This document shows positions 56,728 through 64,000 of a stretch of 64,000 nucleotides of DNA, in pieces. Source of the stretch: an uncultured Chloroflexia bacterium (GTDB taxonomy: Bacteria > Chloroflexota > Limnocylindria > QHBO01); contig CAVZAQ010000002.1 in assembly GCA_963773405.1 (NCBI GenBank), positions 7,116 through 71,115 of the forward strand, read 5' to 3'. The position numbers and the translations under genes are program-made. The notes beneath the pieces were generated by a model, which worked only from the letters and a program-made list of their open reading frames with translations, searched no databases and was not told where the DNA came from. Each line of letters starts with the position of its first letter. The stretch's first letter is position 1.

Positions 56728-56868
56728 ACCAGCCGTCCCGTCACGAAGCTGGGGGTTTCTCGTTCGGATCGACTCGTTCGATCCGCGCTGGAACGAGTGA
56801 TCCAACGAGTAACCGAGCGTGTGATCCAACGAGGAACCGAACGCGGACCATCCGCGGCGCGACCTTGC

Positions 56869-59229
56869 TCATCGACCGTTGGGCAACTGACGGCCGAGGG
56901 GCGGGTGGTCCTTGGGCGTCGCGGGCTTGGCGGGCGACCGCTTGGTCAGCCGCTCGAGCACCTCCGCCTCGACGACCGACCGCGGTCGCGCGTCGCGCTC
57001 GTCGCTGGCGGCCGCTATGGCGGTGGCGACCTCGGCGCTCGCCTCGCCTGGAGGCAGGACGATCCCACCGTAGACGACGCTTCGGCCGTCGGGACCGGCC
57101 ATCTTGGCGGCCATCTCGTGTTGGCGCATGGCCAGCAGGTCGGCGGGGGTCAGCGGCGCGAAGAGCGGTGCCAGGGTCCTGACGTCGTCGAGCCCGGGTG
57201 ACAGCAGGGCCAGGGTGCCGGCGTTGGCGACCGTGGTGGCGCCCAGCGCCGGGCCGATGGCGGCCAGGGTCTGGGTGGCGAGCGCGCTGGCCAGCGCGAA
57301 CTTGCGCCCCTCGGTGAGGATGCCACCCAACGCCCGGGTGGAGAAGCGCGGTGTCTCGTCGACGACCAGCAGATGCGGTCGACGGTGAGCCGGATCGGTG
57401 CCCTGGCGGCCGAGCGCCTCGATCCGGAAGCGGGCGATGAGCATCCCGCCGAAGATGCCGGCGTTGTCGCCGCCGACCCCCGAGAGGTCGACCAGCAGCA
57501 GGTCGCCGGCGTCCATGATCTCCCGCGGGCGGAGGGTCGAGGCCCCCTGGCCCACGATCTGGCGGATCGAGTCGTAGGCGATGAAGGCGCCGAGCTTGTT
57601 GGTGACCGCCCCGACCGAGGGATCATCGTTGCCACGCGACGGCCATCGGCTCTGCCAGTAGTTGGCCAGCTCGGGATCGGTGACCGCTTCGACGTACGGC
57701 CTGCGGAAGCTCCCGTCGCTCAGCAGCCGGTCGAGCTCGAGGATGGTCTGCGGTCCCTCGGACGAGAGCAGGGTCAGGAGGCCATGTCGCAGGATGTCGC
57801 GCATCCGGGGCCCGGTGTAGCGCGGCCAGAGATCCTCGAAGAGGGCCACGAACTCGCTGGTCACCAGCTGCGCCTCCTCCCGGCTGCGGCGCTCGAAGAA
57901 GTTGAAGCCACGCGGGTGGGCCCGATCGGCCAGCCGCAGGAGGTGGACCCGGCCGGCATGGCGGGCCGGGATGCGCGCCAGGATGTCGGTCACCAGGTCG
58001 CCGTGGGGATCGATGACGGTCGCGCCCCACGGTGTGTCGAGCAGTCCCGTCACCAGGTTGAGCAGGAGGGTGCTCTTGCCCGAGCCGGTGGCGCCGATCA
58101 CGGCCAGGTGCCGGCCCAGCGTGGCCAGAGGGATGGCCAGCGGCCGGTCGCCGTTGTCGGCGACCACAATGCCCGCGGTGGCGGACGACGCGGGCAGGGC
58201 GCCGGCCAGCGGCCGCGGGCGCGGCAGGTCGGCGGCGTCGAACGTCTCGTCGGGCAGGTACCACAGCTGGGCCACCTCCCAGTCGGCGAGCAGCGAGCGC
58301 GGCGGCCGCTCCACCGCTCCGGCCACCACCCGCCAGCGGATCTCCTGCCCGGCGTCGGCCAGCGAGTCGGTGGCACCGGTCAGCTTCCAGAGCAGGGCCT
58401 TCGCCTGCTCGAAGCTGGTGCCGGCTACCTCGACGAGGATGCTGGTCTCGAAGCCGACGGCGCCCCGGCGCTTGCGGGCGCGCGCCTCGCGTTCGAGCGG
58501 ACTGGGTGCGACGGCCGGCGAGCCGCCCGATCCGGACTCGCGGAAGAGGAGGCCGTCGACGATCGCCTCGCCGATCAGCGATCCGACCGATGGCCCGCCG
58601 GGTGCCTCGGGATCGATCGCCCGCCGCCAGGCGTCGGGCGCAACCGGCCGCAGCCCGATCCGCAGGCGGACCTCGACTCCGGGCGGCGCGGCTCGGGTCA
58701 GGGCCGCCGCCAGGCGGTGGAGAACCCGATCGCCGGGCACCTCGGCGACACGAAGCGGCCACGACGCCGATTGGGCCAGGCGGCCGACCGCGGTGGCCGC
58801 CACCGGCGCCTCGGCGCGCGACACCGGCCGCGCGTCGAGGACCAGGTGCAGGCTGCGGTGGCTGACGGCGAACTCGTCGAGGACCTGGCGATGGCCCTCC
58901 ACCTGCCAGGCCAGCGCGCCATCGCGCCACACCACCCGCAGCTCGCTCGCCGGCCAGCCGACGCGCCAGGCGTCGAGGCCACGCCGCTGACGGGGATGGA
59001 GGCCGCGGACCATGGCGACCGCGCTGGCCTCGTCGATCTCGCCGACGCGGGCGGGGTTGAGCTCGAGGCGCAGCAGCTCGCCGCCCGCCGCGCGGTCGTA
59101 CGCCCGCTGGCGGAAGGTGCCGACGAGGCGTGGGCCGAAGGCGATGGCGCCAACGATGACGAGGAGGACCAGGCCGATGACGGCCAGGCCGATGAGCAGA
59201 TCGAAGATGGGAGCAAACAGGGTGTCCAC
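56869..59229 (-). CDS. Type IV secretion coupling protein / TraD-VirD4-like DNA-translocating ATPase
   Basis: It has an N-terminal TM segment, Walker A VIGATGSGKSTLL, ...VIDPHGDL..., and Walker B-like HLLVVDETPRF...GRKFALASALATQ. It reads cleanly in one frame over 786 aa. Confidence 0.8.
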   Translation of the reverse strand: MDTLFAPIFDLLIGLAVIGLVLLVIVGAIAFGPRLVGTFRQRAYDRAAGGELLRLELNPARVGEIDEASAVAMVRGLHPRQRRGLDAWRVGWPASELRVVWRDGALAWQVEGHRQVLDEFAVSHRSLHLVLDARPVSRAEAPVAATAVGRLAQSASWPLRVAEVPGDRVLHRLAAALTRAAPPGVEVRLRIGLRPVAPDAWRRAIDPEAPGGPSVGSLIGEAIVDGLLFRESGSGGSPAVAPSPLEREARARKRRGAVGFETSILVEVAGTSFEQAKALLWKLTGATDSLADAGQEIRWRVVAGAVERPPRSLLADWEVAQLWYLPDETFDAADLPRPRPLAGALPASSATAGIVVADNGDRPLAIPLATLGRHLAVIGATGSGKSTLLLNLVTGLLDTPWGATVIDPHGDLVTDILARIPARHAGRVHLLRLADRAHPRGFNFFERRSREEAQLVTSEFVALFEDLWPRYTGPRMRDILRHGLLTLLSSEGPQTILELDRLLSDGSFRRPYVEAVTDPELANYWQSRWPSRGNDDPSVGAVTNKLGAFIAYDSIRQIVGQGASTLRPREIMDAGDLLLVDLSGVGGDNAGIFGGMLIARFRIEALGRQGTDPAHRRPHLLVVDETPRFSTRALGGILTEGRKFALASALATQTLAAIGPALGATTVANAGTLALLSPGLDDVRTLAPLFAPLTPADLLAMRQHEMAAKMAGPDGRSVVYGGIVLPPGEASAEVATAIAAASDERDARPRSVVEAEVLERLTKRSPAKPATPKDHPPLGRQLPNGR

Positions 59230-59315
59230 GGTGAGGCTTCCTTTCGGTGGTTCTGGGCTGGGAGTGGTGGGGGTGACCTGGGCGGTGTCGATGGGACATG
59301 GGCAGACCTCCGTGT

Positions 59316-60246
59316 TCAGGGCTTGGGTGGCAGCACGAGGAGCGGATCGATCGGGATTCCCGAGGCGTCGATCTCGAAGTGGAGATGGGGCCCGGTGGTG
59401 ACCCCGGTCAGGCCGACCGCCCCGACGAGCTGGCCGGCCACCACCGACTCGCCGACCTGGACCGCGAGCTCGGGCTGCAGGTGGCCGTACAGGCTGAAGA
59501 CGTCGGGCTTGTGCTCGATCTCGACCACGACCGCCCCATCCGCCAGGCGTCCGGCGACGGTCACCTGCCCGGAGGCGATGGCCCGCACCGGCGTGCCCAG
59601 CGGCGCGGCGATGTCGATGCCGGTGTGGAAGTGGGGGTAGCAGTGGCCCTCGTAGCAGCGCGGCGGCTCGAGGGCGAGATCGGTCGGCCCGAAGCCCTGG
59701 GTGATCGGCCCATCGAGCGGCCAGACCAGGAGCGCGCCGTATCCGTAGCGCTGGGCCCAGCGCGAGGACCAGCGGCGGGTACCAGTCGACCGGGTTGTAG
59801 CGGTACAGGGCGCGCTGCCAGTCGTCGGGCGCGCCGTTGGAGCTTCAGGTACGCGGCGGCGGCCGGGATCGCGTCGGCCGGGTCGCAGATGTCGGGATCG
59901 GTCGATCCCGGCGAGCTTGGCGGCGTGGGCGAAGGTCGCCGGCAGGAACTGCATCGGCCCGCGGGCGCCGGCGCTGTTGGGGGCGCAGCCCGACGCGTTG
60001 CGGCCGTGGTTGGTCTCGACCTTGCCGACCGCGGCGAGGACCGGCCAGTCGAGCCCAAAGCGGGCGCCGGCCTGCTCGTAGAGGACGAGGTAGTCGGCCG
60101 GGATGTCGGCCACCGCCGGCGGCGCGTCGGCGATCGCCGGGTGCGGCGAGCGCGGCCCAGTTGCCGACGAGGACCGCGACCGATCCGGTGAGGATGAGGA
60201 GGACGAGCAGGGCCACGGCGCAGCCGCACCCGCAGCCGCGCCTCAC
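59316..60246 (-). pseudogene. Cell-wall hydrolase: TM anchor, SLT lytic transglycosylase and M23 peptidase; frameshifted in the linker
   Basis: The GTG at 60246 overlaps the VirB4 stop as GTGA. AVALLVLLILTGSVAVLV is the TM segment. The SLT domain reads AAVGKVETNHGRN...GPMQFLPATF. DPDICDPADAIPAAAAYLKLQ is in another frame (ORF 59561..60229). The M23 domain reads HTGIDIAAPLGTPV...LYGHL...TGPHLHFEI. Confidence 0.75.
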
Positions 60247-62458
60247 CCGGTGTCGGGGGGTGCAGACCTCATCGGATGGGATGGATCGGCCAGGTCGGCC
60301 GGACGGGTGGTGAGCGCGGCGTACTCGCGCTCGGCGACGACCGCCTCGAAGGCGGTGTGGCTGCGACCGACGAACAGCAGGCCCTCGCCGGGGCGGGCGT
60401 GGAGCAGCAGGCGGCGCTCGGCCGCGGTCAGATCGAAGTAGCGGGCCAGGGCGTCGGCGCCCTCGGGCGCCTGGCCGAACAGGATCCGGATGTCGCACTG
60501 CTTGACGATCGGCTCGCCGAAGTCGGACTGCGCAGGAACTCGACGATGTCCTGGGTCGCGAGCTGCAGCCCGGCGTGGTAGTGGCGGGCCGAGCGGGCGA
60601 GCTCCTCGACGAACTCGGCGCCCGACGGCTGGCGCATGACCTTCCAGGCCTCGTCGACGACGACCAGCTTGCGCTCGAGGTCGCGGCGCACGGCGTCCCA
60701 CAGCACGCCGAGCGCGGCGAGCTGGGCGACCGAGCGGACCTCGGGATCGGAGATCGCGGCGAGGCCGATGACGAGCATCCGCCGATCGAGCGGCGGCGCG
60801 CCGTCGGCGGCGAACAGCTGCGGCGAGCGAGCCCGACGCCCAGCGCTCGAGCCGTCCGGCCAGGGCCCGCCCGCCCGGTTGGGCGTCGATCTGCTCCGCA
60901 AGGTCGGCGAGGGTCGGGGGTCGGCGGTCGTGGGTCGCTGGATCCGGGCCGATGCCGGCCGCCTGATAGACCGCGCGCAGGGCGCGATCGAGGACCGGGC
61001 GCTCGTCGCGCGAGAGTCCGCCGACCATGGCCGCCACCAGGCGGGTGAGCGCCGCGAGCTTGGCCGCCAGCCCGACGTCGCCGACGGCGCCGGTCAGGGC
61101 GAACGGGTTGAGGCCGGCGCCGGCGCCGAGCTCGAGGTACGTCCCGCCGAGCTCTGCGGTCAGGCGGCGGTAGTCGCCGAGCGGATCGACCGCGAGGATC
61201 CGGATGCCGCGCAGGAAGCAGCGGCCCATCTCGGCGCCGGTGAACATCGTCTTGCCCGTTCCGGTCTGGCCCAGCACGATCGCGTTGTGGCTGGTGTGGC
61301 CGAAGCGATCGAGGACGATCGGCGCCTCGGTCCGCCGGGCGATCCCGTACAGGTGGCCCGACGGCTCGTACAGGTCCGAGGCGGCGTGGAGCAGCGAGGC
61401 CGCCAGCGAGCGCCGAGTCGAGGTTGCGCTCGGCGATCGGGCGCGGCGCGGGACCGGGCAGGACCGCCGACCAGGCGTCGGCGAGCCGGAAGGTGGCGGG
61501 CTCGAGATCGATGTCGGCGCCCCTGCGCCTCGAGGCGCAGCAGCTCGAGCCGCTCGCGCAGGCTGGCCCGATCGGGCGCCTCGACGAGGAAGACGGTGTC
61601 GACGAGATACACGCGGCCCTCGCCGGCATGGACCCGCCGCCGTCCTGCCACAGCGGTGGCGCCCAGCCGCTCGCGCTCGACGTCGGCGAGCTCGCCCCGC
61701 TCGGTCGCCAGGCGTTCGGCGGCACGGACCTGGCGCAGCCGGGTGGTCAGGAAGGCCATCGCCTCGGGCCGCGAGAGCGGTCGCACCCGCATCGCCGCGG
61801 CGGCGACGCCCGGGACCGCGAGCAGCGGCGCGAGCCAGCCCGGCGCGATCTCGGCCGGCCAGCGCCGCCCGAGGGCCGCGGCGGCGAGGACGTCCTCGCC
61901 CATGGCCATCCCGGCGCTCAGCCGGTAGGTGGCGCCGCGCCGGGCGACGTCGGTCCACAGAGCGGCGAGATCGTCGACGGCCACCTGGCGGGCGGGCAGG
62001 CCCTGCTCCTCGGCCATCCGCCCGACGACGCCGAGCGCTCGCTCGAGCTCGGGTCCTGACGGCTGCGTCGAGGAGCAGGTACGCCCGTCGCAGCGGGCGG
62101 CGCGGCGCGGCCGCCAGCTCGCGGTACAGGGCGGCATAGGGGCGGTACCAGTCGTGAGCCCGACGCGCTCGCGAGGTGCTCCTCGATCGCGCCGAGGTGC
62201 TCATGGGGCGGCCGATCGGCGGGTACCGAGAGGAGGGTGAACGGGCGCGGCACCGCGTCATACAGGGCGGCGAGCGACTCGAGCGCCGCCTCGCGCTCGC
62301 CGTCGGCCATCAGCTCGAGGTTGACCGGCGCGAGCTCGAAGCCGCCGACCAGGCGTCCGTCGATGCGCAGCGCGCCGTCGACCGCGCTCGGCGGCGGGCC
62401 AGGCTGCCGGCGCAGCGGCCGGCGGCGTGGGACGGCGGAGCGCGGACGCCAACCTCAC
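60243..62458 (-). pseudogene. VirB4/TraE-like conjugation ATPase, spread over three frames
   Basis: LRIDGRLVGGFELAPVNLELMADGEREAALESLAALYD is in ORF 61918..62310. ...RLATERGELADVERERL... is in ORF 61160..62137. Walker A IVLGQTGTGKTMF is in ORF 60243..62261. LVVVDEAWKVM...ARHYHAGLQLATQ is in ORF 60428..60901. The tail is ...ILFGQAPEG.... The GTG at 62458 overlaps the CpaB stop as GTGA. Confidence 0.75.
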
Positions 62459-63152
62459 TGGCTCGTCCCCGGCTGCGACGAGGGCGAGGTAGAAGGTCGA
62501 GCTCAGGGCGGCGGTCGCGAACTCCGCCTCGCGCTCGGCGGGGATGGCGATGACCACGCTGCCGAGCTTGGGCGCGACGAGCGGGACGGTGCCGCTGCCA
62601 CTCGTGCTCGCGCCGGTCGTGAGGGTCTGGCCGTCGGGCGTCCGCAGGGCGAGGATGACGTAGCCCTGGCCGAGGACGGTGGCCGCCGGCGGGCTGGCGC
62701 CGGCGCCGGCCGAGACGCCGGTCTTGAGCGCATTCGGCACGGCGATGACGTCGACCCGGGCGCCGGGCGCCAGGGCGGCCCCGACCGCCTGGGAGGGATC
62801 GACCGGCAGGGCGAAGGCGACCTGCCCGGCGGCCAGCGGTGCCCCGAAGCCCAGAGCCCGCTCGCCGGGCGTCTGCTCCAACGAGCGACGGTCGACCGTC
62901 TGGCCGGCCAGGATCGGCAGCGCGGCGTACTGACCGACGACCTCGTCGACCGAGTGCGCGGCGTTCGGCCGGGGCGTCGGCCGGGCTGACCCGGATCGTC
63001 TCGACCATGTCGGACGGTGATCTGGGTCAGCTCGGGCACGTCGACCCGGCCCGCACGATGTCGGTCCGCGGCTGGGCGAAGACGAAGACGCCCGCGGCGA
63101 CGAGCCCGGCGAGGAGGAAGATGACGATGTAGGGGGTGCGACGGATGCGCAT
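62455..63152 (-). pseudogene. CpaB/RcpC-like (SAF domain) pilus or secretion assembly protein, frameshifted
   Basis: The ATG at 63152 follows AGGAGG. MRIRRTPYIVIFLLAGLVAAGVFVFA is the TM segment. SAF-like VDEVVGQYAALPILAGQTV and VAFALPVDPSQAVGAALAPGARVDVIAV (ORF 62258..62881) are in different frames. Confidence 0.6.
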
Positions 63153-63165
63153 CGGTCGGTGCCTC

Positions 63166-63997
63166 CTAGTGGCTCACGGCCGCGTAGATGACGGTCACGT
63201 CGACATCGCCCGCGACCTCGATGTCGCGGACCGTGCCGTCGTCATAGGTGGTCTCGAGATCGAGCACGAGATGGACCGGGTAGGCGCGCTGGCCGGAGAG
63301 CGGCGTGTTCCACTGGATCGCGATCGGGTCTCGCGGCCGGATAGGTCCCGGCGCCGGTGGCGTCGGCCGCGTCGTTGACGCCCGGCTCGTAGCGGTAGCC
63401 GAGCAAGCGGGTCGTGGCGCCGCCGATGACGAGCCCGCCCGAGCGCATGAAGCCCTCGGTCACGATGATCGGCCGGACGTAGAGCTGGCAGTGCAGCCCG
63501 CGCGGCCACCACAGGGCGGCGTGGCCGGCGGCATCGGGCGCCACCAGCGTGCCGTCGGGCAGCGTTCCCGACGGGCTGGCGCCGACGGTGACGACCGGCG
63601 GCACGTACTCGATCGGGAGGGCCGAGACCCCGGTCGCGCTGTTGGTGATGTCGAGGGCGAACGGCACGACCTGCTCGTACGGGTCGCCCGCGGGGGTGAA
63701 GAAGGCTCCGTAGGCCTGGCCCGAGACGTGCGCGGTGACGACCACGTCGAATGTCCCCGCGTCATAGGCGTGGGTCGTCGCGAGGCGGTCGGTACCGTTG
63801 CCCGGGAAGGTTCGTCCGGCACCGTCCCCGAAGTCGACCGTCCAGCGATCGACATGGACTGAGCTCGGGATGACATACGCCGAGATCGCCTTGCCCAGGT
63901 AGGCGAGCCAGCCGGTCGTCAGTTCCGCGGTCACCGTCCGATCCGTGCGGGCGGGGGCCGTGACCGGCTCGACCGCGACCGACAGATACAGGCTCAT
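63166..63997 (-). pseudogene. PKD-like-domain secreted protein with one frameshift near 63335; the N-terminus may extend beyond the window
   Basis: WTVDFGDGAGRTFPGNGTDRLATTHAYDAGTFDVVVTAHV is a PKD signature. After ...GAGTYPAAR the coherent tail DPIAIQWNTPLSGQRAYPVHLVLDLETTYDDGTVRDIEVAGDVDVTVIYAAVSH* is in the next frame and stops at 63166. Confidence 0.55.
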
Positions 63998-64000
63998 GTC

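Larger units (their letters stand above)
46541..64000. mobile_element. Integrative conjugative element; left end at the tRNA-Arg anticodon arm, right end beyond the window
   Basis: It carries a serine recombinase at the junction, plus Replic_Relax, a T4SS coupling protein, VirB4-like ATPase, CpaB-like protein and SLT/M23 hydrolase. All but one of these genes are on the minus strand. Confidence 0.7.

Noticed and set aside
16700-64000. Could the many +/-1 shifts be programmed ribosomal frameshifting?
   Set aside because: - There are far too many of them.
- They occur in unrelated housekeeping genes.
- They lack slippery heptamers or downstream structures.
- They are often paired within about 50 nt.

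Overview
This is a very GC-rich bacterial chromosomal segment; gene content and GGAGG-type ribosome binding sites suggest Actinobacteria or Chloroflexi. No rRNA genes or CRISPR arrays were seen. It has three parts.

(1) 1-16.7 kb: ORFs here are mostly intact.
- An isochorismatase/GntR pair and a pentapeptide-repeat protein.
- A c-di-GMP cluster: an atypical OmpR-type response regulator, a LuxR pseudo-receiver, a GGDEF protein and a PAS-GAF-EAL protein.
- A broken mini K+ channel next to a freshly inserted IS256-family element with an 8-bp target duplication.
- A transglutaminase membrane protein, an ECF sigma factor with an Asp-box propeller partner, and YciI.

(2) 16.7-41.4 kb: recognisable housekeeping and accessory genes. 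Most need one or more +/-1 frame corrections to read through.
- VIT1, arsR-arsM and two GT-C glycosyltransferases.
- A two-component system with a ferredoxin / NuoF-like / ferric-reductase-like / ApbE redox cluster.
- HtrA, korDABC, a CAP-domain protein, a MacB-like ABC exporter, a second PAS-GAF-EAL protein and an intact BBE-type FAD oxidase.

(3) 41.4-64 kb: an insertion hotspot at tRNA-Arg(UCG).
- The promoter plus 5' half of the tRNA occurs five times as direct repeats.
- The first four copies are cut off in the anticodon arm. Each heads a 0.9-1.4 kb cassette carrying one toxin-type module (Fic, Fic, VapBC, Fic).
- Only the fifth copy is a complete tRNA. Its 3' half lies inside the end of a large serine recombinase gene, which opens a conjugative element running off the right edge of the window.
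- That element carries an ATPase, a ubiquitin-like/E2-like/JAB/E1-like (PRTRC- or Bil-like) operon behind a duplicated ~455-nt structured leader, an HTH protein, a HAD hydrolase, an XRE-family regulator, Replic_Relax, a T4SS coupling protein, an SLT/M23 hydrolase, VirB4, CpaB and a PKD-like protein.

All calls come from reading the translations and sequence by eye. No database search was run, and the boundaries of frameshifted genes are approximate.
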